From assembly GCA_028534125.1 (NCBI GenBank), contig CM052817.1:18106001-18170000 (forward strand): a DNA stretch of 64,000 nucleotides, written 5' to 3'. The DNA is from Lama glama. Taxonomy: Eukaryota. Under the pieces are notes generated by a model, which saw only the letters and a list, made by a program, of their open reading frames with translations, was not told the DNA's origin and made no database searches. This document shows, one piece after another, positions 25,844-37,339 of the stretch (position 1 is the stretch's first letter; every line of letters begins with the position of its first letter). Both the position numbers and the translations under genes were made by a program.

Positions 25844-26002
25844 ATGCGCCGCGGCGGTGGCGGCGGCGGCGGCGCGGGCGCTGGGACTGGTGTTTGGAGG
25901 CGCCAGAGCAGCGGATCCCGGTCTCGCTGCCGCAGCACCGCGGGTGTGGCGCGCGGCCTGAAGACGCCGTACCTTTTTGCTCACCTTTTTTTTTTTTTTT
26001 AA
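25844..26002 (+). other. Candidate 52-codon uORF in the STIM2 leader (MRRGGGGGGGAG...FAHLFFFF*)
   Basis: GGGATGC at 25844, open to TAA at 26000-26002, out of frame with the main ATG. Requires a TSS upstream of 25844. Confidence 0.45.
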
Positions 26003-26015
26003 ATAACCGGAACCA

Positions 26016-26418
26016 ATGAACGCAGCCGGGACCCGAGCTCCGGAGGCCGCCGGTGCCGACGCGACCAGGCTGGCGCCCCGCAGGAGCTCGAGTCTGAGGC
26101 GGCGGGGGCGGCCCGAGGAGTCACAGGCGGCGGCGCCTCGCGGAGCGGGCGAGTGGCCGGTGGCCGGGGCGCCGCCACGCTTTCCCCCCGCTCCTCCTCC
26201 GCGTCCTCATCCCGCCACGACGCCCGGCCCGGCCTCGGGCTGGCTGCGGCGTTGGCGCTGGGCTGCGCTGCTGGTGCTTGGGCTGCTGGTGGCCGGCGCG
26301 GCGGACGGATGCGAGCTGGTGCCCAGGCACCTCCGCGGGCGGCGGGCGGCGGGCTCTGCCGCGGCGGCCGCCTCCACTCACGCCGCGGCGGCGGGCGACG
26401 GCCCGGCGCTTATGACAG
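26016..26418 (+). CDS. STIM2: Stromal interaction molecule 2, coding exon 1 (extended signal peptide plus start of ER-luminal region); phase-1 intron follows
   Basis: Translation MNAAGTRAPEAAGAD...WAALLVLGLLVAGAADGCELVPRHLRGRR...AAAAGDGPALMT matches the STIM2 N-terminus. The match ends at canonical donor ACAG|GTGAGG (26418/26419). In-frame TAA at 26004 precedes the ATG. Confidence 0.96.
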
Positions 26419-29400
26419 GTGAGGGCCGGGAGGGCGAAGGGCGGGGCTCGGCCGGGCGCTGCGGGACCCCCATCCCCGGGAGGGGCCCGCGCTCCTGCGG
26501 GGCCGCCTGTTGTTCGACGGCCGCGGCCAGTGCGGGATGCCGAGCCGGGTGCCCAGACGCCGGCGCCCCGGCAGCTGCTTCGTCGCGGTTCCCTGCACTC
26601 GGGACGCCTTCCCTCTCCCCCCTGACACCCCGCCCTCGGCTGAGCCTCTCGACTGCACTCATTTCCCCGCCCTTAAGTCTGCCCCGCGATGTTCTACGCT
26701 GAGCAATGCGGTGGTTTCTCTTCCGTGCTGCAGAAGAGCCAGCAGGGTCTGCAGGGTACTGGGCTGATTTTTTTTTTTAAGCTGCTGGAAGTCAGCAGCA
26801 GCAATGCGGTATTGAGTCCGCCTCTAGTGCTGCTTTTGCAAAGGCAGCTGGCAGCGAGTCTCACAGGTTCAAAGCCCCGCTGAGCACAGTGTCCCACGGG
26901 AGGCTGCTAGAGCGGATTCTTTGAGAGACTTAATACCTAGTGGTATTAGTGGTTCCTTATAAGTATGCGGAAACCTCTAAGTCTAATGTGTATTTTTGGG
27001 GGGGTGGGAGGAAGACCGTTTTGCTGGTGGGAGCATCACTGGGTGACAGAGGGTACAGAAATCTCAGCAGGTAACCAAGAATATACCTAAAATTTACCAA
27101 GTGCAGGGTATTCGGTGCTTTGTATTTGAGCAGCGCAGTTCTGATAGGCTGCACCAGCATCTTTTAAAATATGGAACGTTCTTGAAATTATTGAAAACTT
27201 GCAAACGTGTGGTAAGGCTAGGTGGAAAAATGACTCCTCTTAAAGCTTTCCAGTGTCATGTACAACTGATAGGTTGTGGTTTAGGTAATGATGTAGGGAT
27301 CGTGGAATGATTTCTTTTGGAAAAGTAGTGGCCACGTTTAAAGTAAGCTTTTGTTTTTGTGGCACTCTTCTTTATTTTTAAAAGTAATCTGTAAGTTTTC
27401 TAGATTAATTGCAAGAATGAAAAGGAAAAAGTAAAGCGGAACACAATGACCCTTCATTAATTTAACCAGAGTGATAGTCCAACAGGCGTTTGAAAGTTAC
27501 TAACAGCTGCTGTGAGTGGTGCTCAGGAGCTATATTCTTTAGAGCAAAGCAGCTATTCTCTGGATTCTGTGACAGGATGTTGACTATTCTAGAGAGGAAG
27601 GAGTTGGTAAACTCTCCAAGCTCTTTGGAAGTTGTAATGTATGGAACATAATGATCAGAATATTTAATTTGCTTTACCCTGAAATAAATCAAGCCCTTTT
27701 AAATGAGCTTGAAACATCAAACCTACCTCTGGGTAATTTTGATAAAATGATTACAGAATGATCAGTATTAGGGAGTATAATATAGTTTGAGTAAGAGGGT
27801 AGGTTGGATAGTTTTATGCTTCAGTAGTCTTACGGTGATTATTAGGGAAGTAACAAGCTAAAACTATAAAGTGAAGGTTCAGTGCCTCATGCAGGAAGGG
27901 AGGGAGCTGAACTGTTTGGGTTTCTAGAAGCTGTGGAGTGTGGCTCTTGGTTTCTTGAGCAGAAACGTTTGGTTATTAAATAATTGGCTAATGTTTTACC
28001 AATATGTCATTGGTAGAAGGGCACATGATTCAGAAAACTTAGTATTTATTAACCACTAATGTATATGGGTGTCGTGTAGATTATTTCAAGAAAATTACTT
28101 CAGATGGAATTTTATTTTAGTAAGCTGTTTATAATCCTTCCTTTTGAAGACTTAAATTCCTCTGAGTTATTTATGGTATTGTGAAAGAGGAAAAGTGATT
28201 CTTACTGGATAAAAAGTCTGATATATCACAGAAAAATGAGTTTGTGCTATAGTGCTTTAAAATAAGTTTACTAAAATGATATTTACCCTGGAGTTTATTT
28301 TTAATATTCTTATTGTTTCCCCTTGTTAGAGTATTGAGTTTTGACTAGTTAGACATTTCCATTTAAAATTTAAGGTAATAAAACTACGCTAAGTTCAAGT
28401 TAAATTGTGGTCATTTTAATAAGTTTACGTAAATACAGTCACTAGCGCTGGTATCTGAGAAAAGATAAATTGAAATTCCATGGTAAAGTTAGAGCATATT
28501 GAAAATTTCTTTGAATTTTATGATCCATACAGGACTCCTTCCTACTCTTCTGATTGTATGAATAATGCTTTCTTTTATGCTTTCCATTTGTAAATGTTGT
28601 GCTAAACCCAGAATGTAATTGATTATTGCTATTGTACACTTCGGGAGGTAGAACCATAGACTGAACTTAAAAAATGCTGTGTTATCATATTCTAAGCAGT
28701 GTTAGTGGATAGAAATGGGGTGGAGAGCTTCAGTAATAAAACTAAGTTTCATGTGAATTTTTAAAGTGGAAAATTCTTGTAAGAATTCTGAGAGAATTAT
28801 TCTCTCTGGCTCTGTATTAAACATGTCATTTAACTGTGAATTCTTGATAGCTCTAAAAATGACAGCCCAAATCACTTTATCTTCTCTTTTCCTCTACAGA
28901 TGAGTATTTTAAATACTTACCTTTATAAGCTTCATAAGTTTGCCTCTTACTTGTCTTGTCTAGAAAACGTTCTTTTCCACTGAAGTTTGCCTCTCAAGAG
29001 TTTTACTTTAGAAGTTTAGTGTATTTTAAGAATAAATCTCCTTTAAATCATCTATTGCATGCTTAGTTTTGAGCAAGCAGGTGTTATTATAAAGAGAGTA
29101 TGACAAGTCATCAAAATAAACAGACCTGTTGTCATAAGAATATTGGTTTATATTGTCTTTTCCTTTTTTATATCACCCTTTCAAGATTCAGTTTGCAAAT
29201 GTTTTGATAAGATGAAACCATTAAATATTTACAATGCTATGTAGTAAGGGCTTAAGTTATATATAATTTCAATAATAACAATAATTTAATAATTTAATAA
29301 TATATATATATAGTTAGAGTTCTTACTTTGAAAGTAATTGAAATTTAAAGCAAGTTAGGGATTGGTGATTGAGGACTTGTTGATTATAATCTAAAGCAGT

Positions 29401-31049
29401 GCTTTAATAATTCAAAACATCACTTTTTTTTTCTTTTTTGCCTAACAGATTTAGAAGTAATGAATTGATCCCAGTAGGGAGTGATCTCATCCAGATGTGG
29501 TCCTTGAGAAATAGTTTATGAAAGGGCAATGTCTATAAAATAGACATATACACATACATAGATATATCGCACATGTATATAGAACACAATTCTTTAGTCT
29601 ACAATTCTTAATTCTGTAATAATTGAAACATTAAAACATTTTTTTCTTACATGTAATTGTTTCAGAATTTTTTTAAAACAAATTTTAACTTTAGAAATAT
29701 TTGCTTTTTTTAAAATGAACTAATGATGCTTTCTTTAGTGCCTTTGTAAAGGTTTTACCTTAACTATAACACTTTTCACTAGTTTGCTGTTACTAGTCAT
29801 AGAAAATGCATATTTTAAAACATGTCTTTTGGAATAATTAAAATTTCAATGGAAATTTAAAATATTCTTAGTTTGAAAATATAATTTCGTTTAGAAGAGC
29901 CACTTTACTCTCTAGCACTAAACACATCTGTGTAGTAGGGCTTTCAGTAACTTGGATGAAAATACCTCGCGTGAGTGTGACTGTCGTTAGAAAAATGTTA
30001 AGCTTCACCTTTCATCACCTTGCCTTCCTAACATTTACCCAGCAAATGTCACTTTTTTTTTTTTTAAATTAGCAGTTGGCTGGAGTGTAGCATGCACCTA
30101 TTGCTTTGAGTAGTGTTTTGTGATAAATTTACACGTGTAAATGTTTTGATTGTGACAATAATTAAATTCATAGTGTAGTTCACATGGTAATAGAAACTGT
30201 TGTTTCTTTTGTGAAGTTACTCTTTCTGTATTTAGCTTAGGATTTCCTGAGGCCGCCTTTTGATGACTAGGTCTTCTGCTGTATCCTTTTTCTCCTTTCC
30301 CGTAGTTACCATTTACCAGTCCCTTTCTTCATCAGGTTTTTCACCATTGCTGTAGGTTGCTTTTTCTTTTTCCTGTGGCTAACTACAGAATTAAAGAATA
30401 TACGCTCATCCCTTTTGATCTAGTCTGTTCTGACAGTTTAAGAATTAGTAATTATCTTACTGGTCTGGCAACATTGCATCCTTTGGTACTCTTTTTGAGA
30501 ATACTATGGCAGAACTGATTGGTCTCTGTTGGGAATCCCCTGGCACAGGAAAAACTCAAATGGCCAGCTAGAAACGCGGGTTCAGGATTTAGCTTAATTT
30601 TAACAATAGGAGCATCCACACAGGAATTCTCTAATTTGCTAAAGTCTTCCTTTGTGGTTGGATACATGCTAATGTTTTTAGATTACTTTAGAGTTTTGAA
30701 TAACTGTATCAAACATTTTGGATATTGCCCTACTCAGTGATAATAATGCAGTGTGGAACACTTTTAAAATGATGCGTGGAGATTTGTATTTGTACATATG
30801 GTAGCTAAAGTATGTACTCATTAAGCTAATGTTAAAATTAACAGCTAAAAGTATGATTAGCAAGCCATTTTTTGATATTCACCAGAATTAGGACCTTATT
30901 AAGAACCACCTAGGAGATTACTTCTGAATTGATCAGATTTCATCAACTAAGCAATTATTAAGCACATGCAGATTACCACATTGTAGGAATAGTAAAAAAT
31001 ACAGAAGAGAATAAAACGTGGGTCTGTCTATTGGGAATAATAGGCATAT

Positions 31050-31290
31050 TTTTTGAACTATTACTAGTGGTCAGTATTGTGCTGAGTGCTTTATATATAT
31101 ATAACTGTTTTTGATTCTGAGATTAATTCTGTTAGAGAGTTGCTAGCCTCAGATAAGAGATGAGGAAACTGATGCAGGTTGATCTTAAGTAACTTGCCCA
31201 AGGTCACACTTAGTGAGTAGCAAAGTCAGTTGTTGACCTAGGTTTCTGTCATTCCAAAGCTTTGATTTTTAACTGGTATGTTGTATGCAT
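31050..31290 (-). mobile_element. MIR SINE
   Basis: AGATGAGGAAACTGATGC...TTAAGTAACTTGCCCAAGGTCACAC. Confidence 0.8.
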
Positions 31291-34092
31291 CCTTATACAG
31301 ACTGCGATTAAGAATAACGGACTGCAAAATATTGGGAAAAGGAAGGCTACTAAAGAATATTACTTGGAGGAGGGTTGGGTTTGAACTGGACCTTGATGTA
31401 CAGATAGGACTTCTTGTGGAGATGAGTGAAAGGACTTTCCAGGAGAAGGCATAAGCAAGAATAAGGAGTTAGTTTATAGTTTTTCTTTGGAGTTGAGCAT
31501 AGGGTGTATGTAGAGTAGAGGGAAATGCAAGGAGAAAAAAGTTTCGGTCAAAGTATCAAGAGCTTTAGTATTACCTACTTTATTCCATATGTATTGAAAT
31601 GTCAACACATCTGAAACTAGGGTATTCAGCCATGTGCTGGGGAGTATGGGAAGCCACAGGAAAGTAAGATACAATTTTCTTGATATGTTCATTTTACTAG
31701 ATTATTTTGTAAATAAACATTAGATATTTAATAGTAATTTAAAACATTTAACAATACTAAACATGCACAACTTATGGGAAAATGTAAGTTTACTTTAAAT
31801 TTTAAGGTAAAACTAAAGGCTTAAAAAGGTATGTTGACCTTTCAGAATGTTCTGTTCATAAACGTAGAGTTCTAAATCTATTATCCTGTCAGGGATTGAG
31901 AAGCCCTGTGGTTTTTAAACATGGGAGTGACATGACCTCAGTGTTTGAGAAAGCTAAGTCTGGGTGGATGGAAATGAGGAGATAATAGAGATAAATAAAG
32001 AGGCCATTTAGTAAGCTATATAGGAGTCAAGGTCTTGAGAGTTCAAATGATGTTATGGCTATGAAAATATTTGGAGGAAATTTTATAAAATGTTTTTTGT
32101 TATTAGATTTAAAAGGAATCTATAGGAAGTCTAAAACGAAATTTACCTTTTAAACTCCTAGAGTTTGTAGAATGACTTAAAGTGGTACAAGTCCTTGAAA
32201 ACAAGCAAAAAGAAACACTTTGTTGTATTGTCTTCTTCATTTCAAATGTACCTGTTTAATATAAAATTATTATTTTTATATATGATTGGACTTACATTAG
32301 GATTTACAAAGTGTATGAAACTTTTTAGTAATCCATATTTAAAAGTGCATGTTTATTCCTTAACAAAGGATAACTGTTTCCAGATTGAACTAACATTACA
32401 GTGCGTCAGAGTTGAACTCCCCCGACCCCACCCTGCTTTGAATTACAGTGTCTCAGAGTACTTGACATAATTTTTTTCAATATTAACTTTTGAATTTCAT
32501 TGTGTGAATTTCACACCTGATCTGTAGATGATGATTTCAAAAGCGAAATCTGAATGATTTGTTCTTTTCCTTAGTCTTCTAGATCTTTATGTTAGTAAGT
32601 ATTAGATGTTCAGTCCTCCTTGACACTTGCTGATCCTACCTTCAATAACTGTCTCCTTGCCTGGTTTCATTGTTGCTGATTTTAAAGGTGATTCTCTCCT
32701 AAGCCTCTGTCCTTAGTCTGTGTTCCTCTATCCTAGCTGAACATTTCCTCCTCAGAGAACTTCATTACTAGGAAAGTTCTCAGTTGAGGGTGGGGAACCC
32801 TAAGCCAATGATTGATTTGACTTTTGGCACTATTTCATTTGGCCCTTGAGGTGATACTGCACAACCATCATGGCTGCAGTCCTGAGAGTCGTTTCCTCTC
32901 TCCTGGGCTTCATCAGCCATCTCGTCTAAAGTGAAACAACTTTAGGATTAAGGATTGGTTGTAGAATTTTTGATAGTGACTACTCAAGTGTTTTCTTAAG
33001 ATAATGATAACTCCCCCACCCCAGGACCAGGAAACCAGAGGATGACAAGAACAGTTTACTTGGACTAACATTCATTTCAGAACCCAGCTGCCTGTATCTG
33101 CCCCAGTAGTTTCTTGCAAATGAATTTTTTGTGTGCTTCTGGATCTCGGCTTCTGTGTAACTTACTCTTTTCCTCTAGTCATTTTCACTTTCTTTCTCTA
33201 TTTTCCTAAACTTGACATACTGTGGAACTGAAAACTTGAAAAATGATTTTACTGAATTAAGTAAAAACTGGGTTTTTAATTTTAAAAATCCTTGAAGTGA
33301 GTATCTTATTGATGTAATTAAAAAATACCGAGAAACCTCATCACAAACCCCCAGAGTAATGAGAGCGATTTGTAACTGTTTCTTAAATGATTCTCAGTAA
33401 GTGAAAAATGTTTTAAAAATAGTTATTTGAGATTTTTTCCTGCTATTCAGTACAGGATACATTTCACAGATTCATGTTATTGAACTCGTGTTTTCTTTCC
33501 ACTATTGTTTTTCTTTCCTTTTAAAAATATCTGATGTTGAGTAATAGATAATCTTAATTCCTGTTCTTCTTTACTTCCATTCTCCAGCAATAAATCTCTT
33601 AACTGTTCCAATAATGACAAATATATACTTTTTCCTTTGTTTTCCTGCTGTCTGTTATCTTCCACTCTTCTTTCTACTTTGTCACCCACATTCACACCAT
33701 GTTAATCCTTGATATTTCTTTCTTCTGTATTTCTGGGTGCCAAATGAAAAAAAAAAACTACTTTAAATCTTTGTCCAGCTGTGATATAGATATCCTTTGC
33801 TGTTTTTTGAAGTTGGTTTCTTAAAGTGCCTTCCGATGTGCATCCAGTGTTTGGTTTTAGGTCTGTTGAAATGGGTCCTAAAAAGAACCATATAGGTTAA
33901 AAGTGAGAAAGTCAGACTTCAGTGAATGTGTGTGTGCACATGTGGTTTTGAACATTTTTAGGTGACTGTTTTGTGTCAGACATGATGCAAAGAACTGGAG
34001 GCATAAAAATTGACCATTTTTATTCTTACAAGAACAGTATAAAGTTGAAAATTGCCTGAGTGGATTGCATAATTTAAAAGTGTATAAATATC

Positions 34093-35355
34093 ATTTTTAA
34101 TTGAGGTATATTTGATGTACAATATTGTATAAGTTTCAGGTGTACAACATAGTGATTCACAATTTTTAAAGGTTATATTCCACTTATAGTTATTATAAAA
34201 TATTGGTTATATTCCCTGTGTTGTGCAGTATACCCTTTAGCTTATTTATTTTACAAGTAATAGTTTGTATCTCTTAATTTCCCACCCATATCTTGCCCCT
34301 CCTCCCTTCCCTCTCCCGACTGGTAACCACTAGTTTGTTCTCTATATTTGTGAGTCTGTTTCATTTTTTGTTCTATTCAATGGTTTATTTTTTCAGATTC
34401 CACATATAAGTGATGCCATACATTAACCCCTTATTAGTCGTATCATTTGCAAATGTTTTCTCCCGTTCAGTAGGTTGTCTTTTTGTTCTGTTGATGATTG
34501 TGTTTCTTGGAGAAAAGCTTTTAAATTTAATTAGGACCCATTTGTTTATTTTTGGTTTTATTTTCTTTGCTTTAGGAGACAGATCCAAAAATCATTGCTA
34601 TGATTTATGTTAAAGAGTGTTCTGCCTATGTTTTCTTCTATGTGTTTTACAGCTTCTGGTCTTACACTTAGGTCTTTAAATCGGCTTTCAGGTCATTTTT
34701 GTATTGGTGTTAGAGAATGTTCTGATTTCATTCTCTTACATGTAGCTGTCCGGTTTTTCCAGGACCACTTATGGTAGAAACTGTCTTCTATTGTATATTC
34801 TTGCATCCTTTGTTGTAGATTAATTGATCATAATTGTGTGAGTTTGTATCTGGGTCCTCTACTCTGTTCTGTTGAGCTATGTGTCTGTTTTTGTACCATA
34901 CTGTTTTGATGACTCTAGTTTGTAGTATAGTCTGTGTAGTATAGGGAGTGTGATTCCTCTGGTGCTTTTCTTTCTCAAGATTATTTTCGCTATTTGGGAT
35001 CTTTTGTGTTTCCATACAAATTTTAAAATTATTTGTTCTAATTCTATGAAAAATTCCCTTGGTATTTTGATAGTGATTGCATTGAAACTGTAGATTGCCT
35101 TGGGTATTATGGTCATTTTAACAATATTAGTTCTTCCAGTTCAGGAACATGGTATATCTTGTGTTGTCTTCAGTTTCTTTCATCAATGTCTTACAGTTTT
35201 TTAAGTATAAATCTTTTGCCCTCTTAGGTAGGTTTATTCCTACATATTTTATTGTTTTTGATGTAATTGAAATGGAATTGCTTCCTTAATTTCTCTTTCT
35301 GACAGTTTGTTATTAGTGTATAAAAATGTAACAAATTTCTGTGTATTTGTTTTTT
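34093..35355 (-). mobile_element. 5'-truncated L1 with internal deletion
   Basis: 3'UTR (TTGAGGTATATTTGATGTACAATATTG) joined to ORF2 segments, e.g. [35 protein letters not shown]. Confidence 0.92.
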
Positions 35356-37339
35356 AAAAGGAAATGACTGTGGTAGCTTATCTAGTAGCACTCTTGCATT
35401 TTCTAAAAATATCTATTAGAATATTTATTACAAGTGCTTGTTATACATTTGTAGTATTAAAAATAAGCTCCTCCCCTTCCCCTTCTTCGGAGCAAGGTAT
35501 AATATAAATGAACATAGTTCTTTTTCATTCACTCTTTTGTATTACTTTTAGTCTTCGTTAATAAACAAACAAAAAATACAAGCAAGCAAACGAACAAACA
35601 AAACTTCAGTGACTTTTATGTGCCAGTCACCAAATTAAATGTTTGAAGTTTTAGGATTAATAAGCTATTGACCCTGCCTTGTTTTCTAGGTGGAGATATA
35701 CCAATTTAAAGGGTGATAATACTTTGTGATGAGGGTATATAGGTATATAGTATATGTGTTGTATTTAACAGAATTACAAAGATAGAGCTCCTAACTTTGA
35801 TGTAGAGAGGTGGGTTATTAATGAAGAGGTCCCCCCTCCTCTACAGTGTTAAGTATTCACTGAGAATATATAAGAGTTTGTCAGATAGGAAAAATTATAG
35901 TGGTGTGAGAGGAGTAAGCTGAGTTGGAAATGACATTGATCATAGACATTGTCATTTGAGAATGCTAGATGGAGATTGTGAATTACCAAATACCCAGGAT
36001 GGCAGAGTCAGTGGTCAGCCTGCTTGCAGTGTGCCAACATCCATATTTGCATGTGGGATTCAAATTCATGCCTGGCATTTTTATATTTTATCTCATTTAA
36101 TCCTTATAGAAGCCTTGTGAAGTTATTTTCATCTCCATAATAAGTTATCCCATATAATGGAGATTTAGGATTGCTCTCAAATAGTTTATACTTTAAAAAT
36201 CCTTCAGTGCTAACGGTTTTTATGATAAAACCTAGGGTGTGGTTAGAAGTGAATTAGAAAATGAGGCTGGATATGTAGCAGAGTTAAACTTTCTGATTAA
36301 TGTTAAATTCTAGATCTTCATTGTCCAAGGAATCTTATGAGTTCCTTCTTCATTTGTCTTTGGTAAATAACCAGTTTTTCACTTCTTGAAGTTTTGCTAT
36401 TAAGTATTTTGACATCTTAAAAAATACTCATTTAAAATGTATAATTTCTAGGGCTTAAGACAAATGACTTAAAAAAATTGGTATTCTCAGTGGGTAATTC
36501 CTATTTGTGCTTTGTTTTCATGAATATTTCTTAAGGCTGGAATGTAATTTTTAAGAAACATGGCGTTTTTATATCTTAAATTTTTATTTGCACTGTAAGT
36601 CTGTTCCAGCTTTCATACAGTGTGATTGAGAGCATAGCCTCTAGACTAGAGCAAGATTTCCTGGGCTTAAGTCCCAGTCTGACAGTGGTTTTGTAATTTA
36701 GGGTAGGTGATTTAACTTATTAGAACCGAAATTTCCTTATCTCTAAAATGGGTTTGAAGTATAAATGAGTTAATCGGTATAAAGTGCTTAGAGTCTGGCA
36801 AGTGTAAGTGTTCAATTACTGGTGACTTATTTTTTTTTTAAACCTGTAGATACAGATGTAGGAAAATTGTAGAAATGGTCTGGGATATATTGAGGAGTAT
36901 TGTTAAGATGTTTATATACATTTAAAAAAGTAAGAAGACATACTTTAAATCACTTGTGATCTAAATAACCATTAATGGTCTAAGATTAGTTAACATTTTA
37001 TAGAAATATGAAACTAAGTGTAGACAGTGCAATTGAGGAGTACTGTGGTATTTTTAAAAAGTTGTATCATTAACTTAAGTCATTTTGTACCTTTATTATT
37101 TTATAATTAAAATATCTGAAGCATTTAGCAGTTGTAACAGCAGTCTGAAAAATCTTTAATTTCTGAGTATGAAGATTTATTATGGGAAAGTTAGAACATA
37201 CAGAAACGTATAAAGTAGAAAACATACCTGCCTCAACAACTAGGCATAACAGTTATAACACCAGTCACAGTCTTTTTAAGGTCTCTTTTATATTCTTATA
37301 TATATTTAATAACAGACTCAGAGTATTTTTCTCTTAATG

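Larger units (their letters stand above)
25400..26720. promoter_or_regulatory. CpG island / main STIM2 promoter and 5' leader
   Basis: Very high GC and CpG density, GC boxes (GGGGCGGGG near 25678 and 25833), GGC repeats; spans exon 1. Confidence 0.9.

Noticed and set aside
26334..26345. RGRR furin-like motif after the signal peptide
   Set aside because: STIM2 is ER-resident and nothing in the sequence indicates convertase processing.
26419..26702. Continuation of the 228-aa ORF past GPALMT
   Set aside because: STIM2 similarity ends at a consensus donor; the rest is GC-rich intron read-through.
28875..28905. Strong-looking splice acceptor CTTCTCTTTTCCTCTACAG
   Set aside because: Downstream sequence does not encode STIM2 exon 2 and no convincing exon is defined.
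30281..30290. U12-type donor GTATCCTTT (also ATATCCTTT near 33790 and TCCTTAAC branch-like motifs)
   Set aside because: No associated exon; similar 9-mers also occur outside the gene (~5490), as expected by chance in AT-rich DNA.
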